31,234 nucleotides of DNA from an uncultured Candidatus Saccharibacteria bacterium (GCA_964577625.1 CAZNZP010000001.1:1-31234), one strand, 5' to 3'. Shown: positions 7,672 through 17,310, counted from the first letter of the stretch. Numbers and translations: made by a program. Notes: generated by a model not told the origin, from the letters alone.

Positions 7672-7837
7672 ATCCTATTTAAATTTTGAAAGAAACTGTT
7701 TTTAAAATCTTCGCGAAGCGGGGTTGATTTAAAAAATAGTTTCTGAAAAATTTGGTTTTTTTAAAATTATTAATAAATTATAGCAAAATATTTGCGTCTC
7801 GGCGATTGGCTATGCTATAATCTTTGTAACTTAATTT

Positions 7838-8569
7838 ATGAGTAGTAATTTTAATGATTTATTGAATAATTTTATAAATGATACTTTAGGTAATCCATAC
7901 AGTCTACTACTCTCCACTATCATTTTTGTTTTCCTTCTACTTCTTTTGGTGGCAACTTTTTCAAAAGGTACACGAAAAGCCCTGGTAAAAATGAAACTTC
8001 TTGAAAAAGAAGAATCTCCTGGTAAACTTTTAGCACTTCTCGTCTCTATTCTTGTCATTATCAAACTTATACAAGGTTTTGTCATTCAACCATTCTTAGT
8101 AGATGGAGGATCCATGCTTCCAAATTTAAAATCTGGAGAACTTTTACTAATAGATAAATTAACTTTTGATATTGATAATTTAAAACGTGGCGATGTGATA
8201 GTTTTCAGACATTCAAAAAATGATCAATATAATGGTAAATATTTTATTAAAAGATTAATTGGTTTACCTGGAGATAAAGTGGTAGTAGAAAATGCAGTGA
8301 CTACAATTTATAACTCTCAAAATCCTAACGGTCTTATTTTAGATGAAAGTTTTGTCAGATATAAAGATAATGTAAAAAATATTACTATCACCTTACAAGA
8401 GGGAGAATATTTAGCTTTTGGTGACAACAGGGCCGAGAGTTATGACTCAAGAAGTTGGGGGGTAATTTATAAAAAAGATATTTCTGGAAAAGCGGTCTTT
8501 AGACTCTTCCCTTTTAAAGAAATAAGTGTCAATCCTGGAGAGGTTGCTATTAATTTTATTAACAAGTAA
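7838..8569 (+). CDS. lepB: Signal peptidase I
   Basis: PFLVDGGSMLPNL (catalytic Ser), FIKRLIGLPGD (catalytic Lys), GDNRAESYDSRSWG. Confidence 0.96.
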   Translation: MSSNFNDLLNNFINDTLGNPYSLLLSTIIFVFLLLLLVATFSKGTRKALVKMKLLEKEESPGKLLALLVSILVIIKLIQGFVIQPFLVDGGSMLPNLKSGELLLIDKLTFDIDNLKRGDVIVFRHSKNDQYNGKYFIKRLIGLPGDKVVVENAVTTIYNSQNPNGLILDESFVRYKDNVKNITITLQEGEYLAFGDNRAESYDSRSWGVIYKKDISGKAVFRLFPFKEISVNPGEVAINFINK

Positions 8570-8581
8570 AATAAATATAAT

Positions 8582-9922
8582 ATGAGAAAGAAAAAAGAAG
8601 AGAAGAAAGTCAAAAATGTAGAGCCAAGTACTTCCTTAAAAGGAATGAATGATATTATCGGAGATAGATTTTATCAATTTCAGGGCATGTTTGAAAAAGC
8701 TCAAGAGATCGCCGTCTATTATGGATTCAAGCCGATTGAAACTCCCGCTTTAGAAAAGGAAGAAGTTTTTGTGCGAGGTATTGGTGAAGGTACAGATGTG
8801 GTAGATAAAGAAATTTACTCTTTTAGGACTAAAGGTGGTGAAAGGGTAGCTTTAAGACCAGAATACACTGGAGCGATAATGCGTAGCTATATAGAAAATG
8901 GTATGAATACTCTCCCTCAGCCAGTAATGTTTTATAGCTATGGACCACTTTGGAGACATGATAATCCACAAAAAGGAAGATTGCGAGAGTTTAGACAATT
9001 CAATTTAGAAATTCTTGGTACAGACAAATCTATTGCTGACGCTCTTGTGATTCGTACTCTCATGACTATTTTAAAAGAATATGGTTTTGAAGATTTGATT
9101 ATCGATATCAATAGTATGGGAAATAAAGACGATAGAGCTGTCTTTACTCGTGAACTTATTTCTTATTACAAAAAACATAGCGCTAAAATCTGTAAAGATT
9201 GTCAGAATAGACTCTTAACCAACCCTCTTAGACTTTTAGATTGTAAAAGTGAACAATGTCAACCATTAAAAGAATTAGCTCCAGCTTCTATTAATTATTT
9301 AGGGACTGATTCTAAAAAACACTTTCGTGAAGTTCTTCAATATTTAGAAGAGATGGGTATTGATTATAGAATTAACAACTGTTTAGTAAGAGGATTGAAT
9401 TATTATACCCACACAGTCTTTGAGGTGATCAAATTAGAAAAAGAAACAGATGAAGAAGGAAATGAAATTGAAGATGGAAAAGAAAAAGAAATAGCTATCA
9501 CTGGAGGAGGAAGATACAATTATCTTGGCCGTGAACTTGGAAGCAAAAAAGAAATTCCGGCTGTCGGAGCTGCCTTAGGACTAGATAGAATGATGCTCTT
9601 TAAAGAGTGTAAAAATCTTGAGCCAAAGATTATTAAAAAACCAAAAATCTATTTCTTACAGCTTGGTTTTGAAGCAAAACTTAAATCCTTAACTATTATG
9701 GAAATTTTGAGGGAAAATAGAATTCCTGTTTATCAAAACCTCTCTAAAGAATCTCTTTCCGCTCAACTGGCTATGGCTGATAAAAAAGGAGTTCCTTATT
9801 GTATAATCTTTGGACAAAAAGAAGCTATGGATGGTACAGCAATTGTCCGTGATATGAAAACTCATTCCCAAGAAATTATCCCTATAGAAAAACTAGGAGA
9901 ATATCTCAAAAAATTGAAATAA
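8582..9922 (+). CDS. hisS: Histidine-tRNA ligase
   Basis: LRPEYTGAIMR, PQKGRLREFRQF, LVRGLNYYT, GGGRYNYL, GAALGLDR, anticodon-binding domain. Confidence 0.97.
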   Translation: MRKKKEEKKVKNVEPSTSLKGMNDIIGDRFYQFQGMFEKAQEIAVYYGFKPIETPALEKEEVFVRGIGEGTDVVDKEIYSFRTKGGERVALRPEYTGAIMRSYIENGMNTLPQPVMFYSYGPLWRHDNPQKGRLREFRQFNLEILGTDKSIADALVIRTLMTILKEYGFEDLIIDINSMGNKDDRAVFTRELISYYKKHSAKICKDCQNRLLTNPLRLLDCKSEQCQPLKELAPASINYLGTDSKKHFREVLQYLEEMGIDYRINNCLVRGLNYYTHTVFEVIKLEKETDEEGNEIEDGKEKEIAITGGGRYNYLGRELGSKKEIPAVGAALGLDRMMLFKECKNLEPKIIKKPKIYFLQLGFEAKLKSLTIMEILRENRIPVYQNLSKESLSAQLAMADKKGVPYCIIFGQKEAMDGTAIVRDMKTHSQEIIPIEKLGEYLKKLK

Positions 9923-9969
9923 GCTTGAAACAATAAAGCTTTTGTGATAATATAGACAAGTTAATTTAT

Positions 9970-10212
9970 ATGGCAAATACAAATGTAAAAGTAGAAAGAA
10001 GAGAAAAAGATAATTCAATGACTCTTCTTCATAGATTTCAAAAGAGAGTTCAAGAAAGCTCAGTTCTTCCTACTGTTCGCGGTAAAAGATATAATAATCG
10101 CGCAACATCTAAAGCAAAAATCAAAAAAGGAAAAATAAAAAGACTTAAAAGCGGAGAAAAATACGAAGAACTAAAAAGGTTAGGTAAGTTAGTCAGAAGA
10201 ACTAGAAAGTAA
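9970..10212 (+). CDS. rpsU: bS21-like ribosomal protein
   Basis: Small basic protein, V.V.R.E.....LLHRF.K.VQESSVL...R..RY pattern; position between hisS and ybeY. Confidence 0.65.
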   Translation: MANTNVKVERREKDNSMTLLHRFQKRVQESSVLPTVRGKRYNNRATSKAKIKKGKIKRLKSGEKYEELKRLGKLVRRTRK

Positions 10213-10217
10213 AAGTA

Positions 10218-10619
10218 ATGATATTAGAGAGTAAAAATCTAATAGTAAATAGAAAAAAAGGGCTTATTGAAAAAGCTCTTTTTTCTCGTATTCAGAAAAT
10301 TAAAAACGAAATTTTAGGAGAAAGTTTTTTTCTTTCAGTAAATTTTATATCTCCAGCTCTCGCAAAAGAATTAAATATTAAATACAGAAAGAAAGATTAC
10401 ACTCCAAATATTTTATCTTTTCCCCTTTCTAAAAAAGAAGGAGAAATTTTTATTTGTTTATCTGTAGCTAGAAAAGAAGCAAAAAACTTTTCCCTGTCAT
10501 ACAAAAACTTTTTAACTCTCTTAATAATTCACGGCTGTCTACATCTGAAAGGAATAGATCATGGAGAGAAAATGGAGCAAGAAGAGAGCAAATATTTGAA
10601 AAAATATATGCTAAAATAA
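10218..10619 (+). CDS. ybeY: rRNA maturation endoribonuclease YbeY
   Basis: LN.KYRKKDYTPNILSFPL and IHGCLHLKGIDH (H3xH5xH Zn motif). Confidence 0.95.
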   Translation: MILESKNLIVNRKKGLIEKALFSRIQKIKNEILGESFFLSVNFISPALAKELNIKYRKKDYTPNILSFPLSKKEGEIFICLSVARKEAKNFSLSYKNFLTLLIIHGCLHLKGIDHGEKMEQEESKYLKKYMLK

Positions 10620-10623
10620 GAGA

Positions 10624-11796
10624 ATGAGTAAGACAAAATCTCATCTTGTTATTGGTGTAGACATTGGAAGCAGTACAACAAAAGTTTGTGCGGTAGTTCA
10701 CTTTGAGGAAAAAGATTTGCACCCAGAAATAGTTGAGATTCAAGAGACTTACACCGAGGGTATATATAAAGGAAATATTGTAGATGAAAAAGAATTAGCC
10801 AATACCTTACACAGAGTTATCAATCAATTCAAAAGCAATGTTTTTGAAAGAAGAAATCACATAGTCTTAGCTTTAAATACTTCTGGTATCAGTAGTGGTA
10901 TCACCAATACTTCTATTATCAACTCCAGTATAAATAATGAAGTGACCAGATTGGATTTGGATAGACTAGAAAAAGAAGCAGCTCTTTCTGTAGCAAACAT
11001 TAAAAATAAAAGACTAATACACACTATACCTATCAAATACAAAATTGATTTAGCTGAAGTACAAACTACCCCTATTGGTATGTTTGGGAAAAGAATTGAT
11101 GGTAAATTTTTATTCGTCTTTTGTCCAAATTTATATATAGAAAAATTGGAACAAATTCTAAAAGGTATCAGATTAAATATTGAAGAAGTGGTGATTGGAC
11201 CTTTTGCAGAAAGTGTTCCCCTTCTGAGTAAAAGACAAAGAATAGCAGGTACAGCTTTGGTGAATATTGGACACTCTACCACTAGTATTTTGGTTTACGA
11301 AAATAATAATCCAATTTTAGCTTCTGTTTTAGGTATTGGCAGTAATGATCTCACTAACGATATTGCTCTTGGTCTACAAGTTTCTCTTGAGGAGGCAGAA
11401 AATATTAAACTTGGACAAAGTGATATCTCCTATTCTAAAAGAAAGCTAGAAGAAATAACTGAAGCTAGAATAGAATTTGTTTGCGAAAGAATAAACCTAG
11501 AATTAGATAAGATTAGTCGTAGAGAATTATTACCTGGTGGAATAGTTTTGACTGGTAACGGAAGTAAACTTCCAAAGATAGATTATATGTTTAAAAGTTA
11601 TATGAAATTACCTGTGAAGTTTGCTGAGGAAGAAATTCGTGATTTCTCTGATGGACAACTTGGAGATTCTGCTTATGCTAGAGCTTATGGTTTGACATTT
11701 TTAGCACCAATCATCACTTCTGATTATAAAGTGACAAAACTTTTTAAAAATTTCTTTAAAAATATAAAAACTTTCTTACGAAAACTTTTGCCATAA
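10624..11796 (+). CDS. ftsA: Cell division protein FtsA
   Basis: VIGVDIGSSTTKV, LVNIGHSTT, DIALGLQVSLEEAENIK, GGIVLTGNGSKL; directly upstream of ftsZ. Confidence 0.93.
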   Translation: MSKTKSHLVIGVDIGSSTTKVCAVVHFEEKDLHPEIVEIQETYTEGIYKGNIVDEKELANTLHRVINQFKSNVFERRNHIVLALNTSGISSGITNTSIINSSINNEVTRLDLDRLEKEAALSVANIKNKRLIHTIPIKYKIDLAEVQTTPIGMFGKRIDGKFLFVFCPNLYIEKLEQILKGIRLNIEEVVIGPFAESVPLLSKRQRIAGTALVNIGHSTTSILVYENNNPILASVLGIGSNDLTNDIALGLQVSLEEAENIKLGQSDISYSKRKLEEITEARIEFVCERINLELDKISRRELLPGGIVLTGNGSKLPKIDYMFKSYMKLPVKFAEEEIRDFSDGQLGDSAYARAYGLTFLAPIITSDYKVTKLFKNFFKNIKTFLRKLLP

Positions 11797-11920
11797 AAAT
11801 TTTTATAAAATTCGTAAATTATTAAGCCATATTTGATTTTTTTTGGCAACTCTTTGCATTTTTCTGCACCGAATGATATACTTTTTCCACCTACTAGAAA
11901 CTAATAGAAATAACGAAAAT

Positions 11921-13288
11921 ATGTCTAAAACACTACCTGAAATCCAAAGTTTTGCAAGAATAAAAGTCATCGGAGTTGGTGGCTCTGGAAAAGGAGCTAT
12001 CAATCATATGATTAGCTCAAATTTGAAAGGGATTGACTTTATAGCGATGAATACTGACACTCAAGATTTACACAACTGCTTGGCTAGCAAAAAAATTCAT
12101 CTTGGAAAAAATTTAACCAAAGGACTTGGAGCTGGCATGGATCCAGAAATTGGTAAAAAAAGTGCGGAAGAAACTAAAGAAGAAATTCAAGACGCAGTGA
12201 AAGGTGCAGACATAGTTTTTATTGCTTGTGGAATGGGAGGAGGGACAGCTACTGGTGCAGCTCCTGTCATTGCTAGAGCAGCTAAAGAAGAAGGTATTTT
12301 AACTGTAGCTATTGTCACCAAACCTTTCTTCTTTGAAGGACAAAAAAGAGCAGCTATCGCTGAAGGTGGTCTTGCAGAATTAGAAAAAGAAGTAGACGCG
12401 CTTATCGCTATACCAAATGACAGACTTCTTTCAGTGATTGATAGAAACATGTCTGTCAAAGACGCTTTTAAGATGGTAGACGAAGTTCTTAAACAAGCTG
12501 TAGATGGTATTGCAGATATTATTAAAACTGCTGGAACAATTAACTTAGACTTTGCAGATATTAAGAGAGTACTTAAAGACTCCGGAACAGCCCTTATCGG
12601 TATTGGTACCGCTAGCGGTGAAAATAGAGCGATTGAGGCAGCCAAAGCAGCTATTTCTTCCCCCCTTCTTGATGTTTCCATTAATGGAGCTAAAGGTCTT
12701 CTTTATGCTATTTATGGTAATGAAAATCTTTCAATGTTTGAAGTTTCTGAAGCAGCAAAAGTCATTACTGAATCTGTTGATAAAGATGCGACAATTATCT
12801 TTGGTATAGTGAATAGTGACACTTTGAAAAAAGATGAGATGAAGATAGTAGTCATTGCTACCAAATTCCCTTCCAATTACCGAATGCCTTTACATAGAAG
12901 CTCTGAGCCAGTTTATATGAATATTGATGCAGAAAAATTAAAACCAGAAGTGGTAGAAGAAAAAGTTGAGAAAGAAGAAAAAAAAAGCGAAAAAAAAGAA
13001 GTTAAATTTAAAGAAGATAAAGAAGAAATAAATGTCAAAGAAAGTATCTCTTCTTTTATGAGAAATAAGAAACCAGAGCCAACTATTTCTGAAGCTGAAG
13101 AAAAGATTAAAGGACGACTAGAATTAAATAATGAATTAGATGAAGACAACCTCCTTGATATTAAAAGAATGAGAAAAGCTAAAGAAGAGAAAAATGATAA
13201 AAAAAGTATCTTCTTAGAAGATGTTGATGAAGATGAAGAGGATGATGATTGGAGTATGCTTCCACCATTCTTAAGAAAAAAGAAATAA
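11921..13288 (+). CDS. ftsZ: Cell division protein FtsZ
   Basis: IKVIGVGG, NTDTQDL, GLGAGMDPEIG, GMGGGTATGAAPVIA, INLDFADI, C-terminal LPPFLRKKK. Start is likely ATG 11921, although the ORF is open from 11843. Confidence 0.98.
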   Translation: MSKTLPEIQSFARIKVIGVGGSGKGAINHMISSNLKGIDFIAMNTDTQDLHNCLASKKIHLGKNLTKGLGAGMDPEIGKKSAEETKEEIQDAVKGADIVFIACGMGGGTATGAAPVIARAAKEEGILTVAIVTKPFFFEGQKRAAIAEGGLAELEKEVDALIAIPNDRLLSVIDRNMSVKDAFKMVDEVLKQAVDGIADIIKTAGTINLDFADIKRVLKDSGTALIGIGTASGENRAIEAAKAAISSPLLDVSINGAKGLLYAIYGNENLSMFEVSEAAKVITESVDKDATIIFGIVNSDTLKKDEMKIVVIATKFPSNYRMPLHRSSEPVYMNIDAEKLKPEVVEEKVEKEEKKSEKKEVKFKEDKEEINVKESISSFMRNKKPEPTISEAEEKIKGRLELNNELDEDNLLDIKRMRKAKEEKNDKKSIFLEDVDEDEEDDDWSMLPPFLRKKK

Positions 13289-13295
13289 AATCTCT

Positions 13296-13320
13296 AAAAA
13301 CCGCCTAAAAGCGGTTTTTC
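13296..13320. terminator. Intrinsic terminator after ftsZ
   Basis: AAAAACCGC-ctaaaa-GCGGTTTTT. Confidence 0.75.
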
Positions 13321-13364
13321 TTTTATTTTTAATTTATTTGACTCATATGATATATTATCTAGAT

Positions 13365-14312
13365 ATGGAAAAAAATATCTTTGATTTAATTATTGTTGGT
13401 GGTGGACCAGCTGGAGCTAGTGCAGCTGTCTATGCCGCTAGAAAACGTTTGAAAACTGTTTTAATTTTAAAAGAATGGGGCGGACAATCAGTAGTCAGTG
13501 AAGATATACAAAACTGGATTGGTACTCCACATATTTCTGGTATGGATTTAGCCAAAAATTTAGAAACTCATGTGAAAGAATATGCTTCGGATGTTTTGGA
13601 AATAAAAACTGAAAATCTCGTAACCAAAGCTGAAACTCTTAAAGATGAAGAAGAGAAACTTATTAAAGTGACTTTGGAAAATGGAGAGGAGGTCTTTGGA
13701 AAATCTTTACTAATTACTACTGGATCAACTAGACGCCGCCTACAAGCTATTAATGCTGATAAGTTTGAATTTAAAGGATTAACTTATTGCTCCACTTGCG
13801 ATGGTCCAATGTTTTCTGGAATGGATGTGATTGTAGTTGGAGGAGGAAATGCTGGATTTGAAGCTGCCGCCCAATTACTCGCCTACTGTAAATCTGTTAC
13901 TCTTTTATCTCGTTCTGAACCAAGAGCTGAAAAAATTATTATTGATAAGCTTTTAGAAAATCCTAATTTCAAATTAATTAAAAATATTACTATTAAAGAA
14001 GTCCATGGTGAAACTTTTACAAATGGACTCACTTATGTAAACAAATTTACTGGAGAAGAGACCAGATTAGACACTGGAGGAATCTTTATAGAAATCGGAC
14101 AAATCCCAGCTACTGATTGGGTAAAAGATATTGTAGAGTTAGATGAGGAAAATAAAGTAAAAATTGATCCTTGGACTAATAGAGCTTCGGGAGAAAATCT
14201 TATTTGGGCAGCAGGAGATTGTACCAATATTCTTTATTATCAAAATAATATTGCTAGTGGTGAAGCGATTAAAGCTATAGAAGATATTTATAAAACTTTA
14301 AAGACAAGATAA
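13365..14312 (+). CDS. trxB: Thioredoxin-disulfide reductase (TrxB/AhpF C-terminal type)
   Basis: IVGGGPAGASAAVYAAR, redox CSTC, VVGGGNAG, WAAGDCT. Confidence 0.9.
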   Translation: MEKNIFDLIIVGGGPAGASAAVYAARKRLKTVLILKEWGGQSVVSEDIQNWIGTPHISGMDLAKNLETHVKEYASDVLEIKTENLVTKAETLKDEEEKLIKVTLENGEEVFGKSLLITTGSTRRRLQAINADKFEFKGLTYCSTCDGPMFSGMDVIVVGGGNAGFEAAAQLLAYCKSVTLLSRSEPRAEKIIIDKLLENPNFKLIKNITIKEVHGETFTNGLTYVNKFTGEETRLDTGGIFIEIGQIPATDWVKDIVELDEENKVKIDPWTNRASGENLIWAAGDCTNILYYQNNIASGEAIKAIEDIYKTLKTR

Positions 14313-14413
14313 AAAGGACGAAAAACTATATAAAATAAAAGGAGTTTAGTAGATTTCTTTTATTTTTATTTACCTTTCACATGGTATAATTAGAGGGTAA
14401 ATTATAAAAATAT

Positions 14414-14887
14414 ATGAAGTTAAAAGATGCTAGAAAAAATCACAAAGTGAGATTAATTGTGATAATAGTTTTATTATTGATAGTTGCGTTTCTTTATTTT
14501 AGAGGCGTAAATTGGTCAAATATGACCTCTTGGGAAGGTATTAAGAGTGAACTTGCAGCAAACTATAAACCAGATACCACTGACAAGAAAATTTTAGCTG
14601 GAGCTGGAGCTGTGCTCACTGGAGCTGGTATTTTGGAAGCTACTCAAAACGACTGGGATTTATCTACTGGCCAAAAAGTTTTGAGAGACTTACAAGGTAA
14701 TGTGGTAGATCCAAATTCTCCAGAAGCCGCCAATGCAAAATACACAGATGAATACAACTGTGCTGACTTTAAAACTCAACCAGAAGCTCAAGCTTTCTTT
14801 ATAAAAGCTGGCGGCCCATCTAATGATACAAATAGATTAGACGGAGACAAAGATGGTACAGCATGTGAAGCTTTACCAAAGAATTAA
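14414..14887 (+). CDS. Membrane-anchored Excalibur calcium-binding domain protein
   Basis: N-terminal TM helix; C-terminal [13 protein letters not shown]...[12 protein letters not shown]. Confidence 0.85.
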   Translation: MKLKDARKNHKVRLIVIIVLLLIVAFLYFRGVNWSNMTSWEGIKSELAANYKPDTTDKKILAGAGAVLTGAGILEATQNDWDLSTGQKVLRDLQGNVVDPNSPEAANAKYTDEYNCADFKTQPEAQAFFIKAGGPSNDTNRLDGDKDGTACEALPKN

Positions 14888-14906
14888 TTAAAAAAATACT
14901 AAATAT

Positions 14907-15173
14907 ATGGATTTAATCATTAGTTTACTTTCAGGTGCTATTGGTGGAAATGCTGTAGGTGCAGCAAACAAAAAACAAAATATGGGTGTGCTTTGGAATA
15001 CTGTCATTGGTCTTATTGGAGGACTTGTTGGATCTGAAGCTTTACAAGCTCTCGTTTCTAATTTAGTCGCCAATACTCTTGGTAATGTAATAGGTTCTGC
15101 AGCTGCTGGTGCTGTTGCTATTTATATAGTAAATTTCATCAAAGATCTTTTAGCTAAAAAGAAAAGTGCTTAA
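14907..15173 (+). CDS. GlsB/YeaQ/YmgE (transglycosylase-associated) family small membrane protein
   Basis: Gly-rich TM helices, GAIGG...MGVLWNTVIGLIGGLVG pattern. Confidence 0.75.
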   Translation: MDLIISLLSGAIGGNAVGAANKKQNMGVLWNTVIGLIGGLVGSEALQALVSNLVANTLGNVIGSAAAGAVAIYIVNFIKDLLAKKKSA

Positions 15174-15187
15174 GATAAAAAATTAAA

Positions 15188-15220
15188 TAATAAAACTCCT
15201 CAATTTGAGGAGTTTTATTA
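15188..15220. terminator. Bidirectional terminator
   Basis: TAATAAAACTCCTC-aattt-GAGGAGTTTTATTA. Confidence 0.85.
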
Positions 15221-15221
15221 T

Positions 15222-15341
15222 TTGTGACCTTACGGGGAATCGGTCACTAAATATATTCGCTACGCTCATTATTTCGCGACCCCGCTTCGTCGTCTCACTC
15301 ACTTCGTTCGTGACTTCGTAGACGACTCAGTTCGATTCCCC
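15222..15341 (-). repeat. tRNA-Glu 3'-end duplication with a palindromic REP-like insert
   Basis: TTGTGACCTTACGGGGAATCG at 15222-15242 is identical to 15396-15416. An inverted T-arm copy GTTCGATTCCCC lies at 15330-15341, and the internal helix GTCGTCT/AGACGAC is present. Confidence 0.75.
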
Positions 15342-15359
15342 TTAATTTCAGATTTTGCA

Positions 15360-15387
15360 AAACACCACTCCTTACAGAGTGGTGTTT
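15360..15387 (-). terminator. Hairpin downstream of tRNA-Glu
   Basis: AAACACCACTC-cttaca-GAGTGGTGTTT. Confidence 0.75.
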
Positions 15388-15398
15388 AAACAAAATTG

Positions 15399-15470
15399 TG
15401 ACCTTACGGGGAATCGAACCCCGATTTCATCCGTGAAAGGGACGTGTCCTAACCGTTAGACGATAAGGCC
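15399..15470 (-). tRNA. tRNA-Glu(UUC), CCA not encoded
   Basis: GGCCTTA/TAAGGTC acceptor, CGTCC-CTTTCAC-GGATG anticodon arm, GGGTTCGATTCCC T-arm. Confidence 0.96.
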
Positions 15471-15564
15471 ATCCAAACTAAAAATCTTTTATAAATAAAA
15501 GTTTTTTAGTTTAGAAAAAAATTATAACACAAAAAACCTTTTTTTCAAAATTCAAAACTTTTTC

Positions 15565-17310
15565 CTATTCTTCATCTACTAGATTTCTCAAGACTTTTTC
15601 AGGAACTTCTTTCATACCTTCCTCTATTTCAATGACTGGAACTTTTACTTCTTTTTCTATAATCAAAGTTTCTTTACGAACTTTTTCTTCTTGCATAGCT
15701 TTAGCCAAAGCATCTTTGAGGGAGGTATTATTAGCACTTAGTTCTTGTTTAGCTTTTTTAGCTTCTTCTCTGACTTTACTAATATTCACATTGTCAATAT
15801 CACTCTCTCGTCTCTTAGAGCGAGTTCTTCCTCCAAATCTTTCATTTCTATTCTCAAAATTTTGTCTCTCAGATTTTTCATTTCTTTCTTGTCTTTCATT
15901 TCTAAAATCTTTTCTAAATTCCCTATTATCTTTATTTTCAAATTTGTTGTCAGAGAAAGCAGGTTTTTCTGAATGTTCTTTTTTAAAAACTGGTGTATAC
16001 CATTCTTCAATTTCTTTTTCTACTTCTTCTTTCTTTTTTCCATATTGATGACGAGAGTATTCTATAATATCTTCTGCATGGGAAGTGTCAGGTTTAGCTA
16101 TTGGTGGAAGTCCACGTGCTGAAAAAGGTTTTGAGCCGACATTGTCTATCATAAGTCGAAGATACATTTGATAAGCAGAAAGATTTACAATATCGTCCGC
16201 TGTAAAGACTGGAGCGAATTCTTTTTCAAAAACTTCTGCATCACCTGCTCCTACTCTAAAGGTCACCATAGTTCCTACATTTCCAAAAATTGCCGCTTTG
16301 ACTTCATCGGTCATTTGTTCAATATATTGATGCCCTACCGCAAGAGCTAATTGATATTTCCTAGCTTCAGACAAAATTTGCGCAAAAGAGTCATTAGCAA
16401 AATTTTGAAATTCATCTACATAAAAATAAAATGGGGGTAATTCATTTAGCTTGTATGGATCAACATCCGCCCGACTCATTGCTGCCAAATAAATTTTTGT
16501 AATCAAAAGTGAGCCGATAAGATTCGCATTCCCTTCCCCCATTTTTCCTTTAGAGAGATTAATAATTAAAATTTTCCTTTCATCCATCACTTCGCGAATA
16601 TCAAAACTTGTTCTCTTTTGTCCAATAATATTTCTAATGAGAGGGTTGGAAGTAAATTGTCCAATTTTATTTTGAATAGCTGGAGCAGCTTCTTGTTGAT
16701 ATTTTTCTCCTGCTTTAGCAAACTCTTCTGTCCAGAAAGATTTGATAGATGGGTCTTGCACGTTGGCTACCATTTTTTTACGATAGTCTTTATCACTCAA
16801 CATACGATTAATACCAATCAAAGTCTCATCATCATTTTCTAGGAGAGCTAGGATAATATTATTCAAAATATTTTGCATTCTATCTGAAAATTTATCTTCT
16901 CCAAAGACTTTTTTGAAAGCTGCCATGAGACCATTAGCTACCAAATGTCTTTTACTAATATCCACTTTTTCAAGCACATTTAAAGCTATTGGATATTCTG
17001 TATCAAAAGGAGCAAAGTAGATTACGTCTTTTTTTCTATGCTCTGGTACGAAATCCAAGAGCTTCTCAGCGCTTCCTCCATGAGGATCCATAAAAGCTAC
17101 CCCTTCCCCATTTTGAATGTCTTGAATCGCCATATTTTCAAGCAAAGTAGACTTTCCCATCCCAGACTTTCCAATCACATACATATGTTTTGTCCTATCT
17201 TTGGCTTTAATGCCAAATTTGACCATCTTATTACGATAGTCAATATTACCCATATAGGTAATTTTATTTGGGTCATTTATGTATTCTTTTTTTTCTACAT
17301 TTTCTGACAT
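15565..17310 (-). CDS. VirD4/TraD-like (HerA/FtsK-fold) ATPase, type IV secretion coupling-protein-like
   Basis: HMYVIGKSGMGKS Walker A, FMDPHG, FYVDEFQNF Walker B, LSEARKYQLALAVGHQYIEQ, GNVGTMVTFRVG. Confidence 0.88.
   Translation of the reverse strand: MSENVEKKEYINDPNKITYMGNIDYRNKMVKFGIKAKDRTKHMYVIGKSGMGKSTLLENMAIQDIQNGEGVAFMDPHGGSAEKLLDFVPEHRKKDVIYFAPFDTEYPIALNVLEKVDISKRHLVANGLMAAFKKVFGEDKFSDRMQNILNNIILALLENDDETLIGINRMLSDKDYRKKMVANVQDPSIKSFWTEEFAKAGEKYQQEAAPAIQNKIGQFTSNPLIRNIIGQKRTSFDIREVMDERKILIINLSKGKMGEGNANLIGSLLITKIYLAAMSRADVDPYKLNELPPFYFYVDEFQNFANDSFAQILSEARKYQLALAVGHQYIEQMTDEVKAAIFGNVGTMVTFRVGAGDAEVFEKEFAPVFTADDIVNLSAYQMYLRLMIDNVGSKPFSARGLPPIAKPDTSHAEDIIEYSRHQYGKKKEEVEKEIEEWYTPVFKKEHSEKPAFSDNKFENKDNREFRKDFRNERQERNEKSERQNFENRNERFGGRTRSKRRESDIDNVNISKVREEAKKAKQELSANNTSLKDALAKAMQEEKVRKETLIIEKEVKVPVIEIEEGMKEVPEKVLRNLVDEE

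Noticed and set aside
15222-15341. Second intact or intron-containing tRNA-Glu
   Set aside because: Only the T-arm 3' half and acceptor 3' strand are duplicated; there is no D-arm, anticodon arm or 5' acceptor strand.
15173-15565. Replication terminus inferred from gene convergence
   Set aside because: No dif site is seen, and one local strand switch in 31 kb is not diagnostic.
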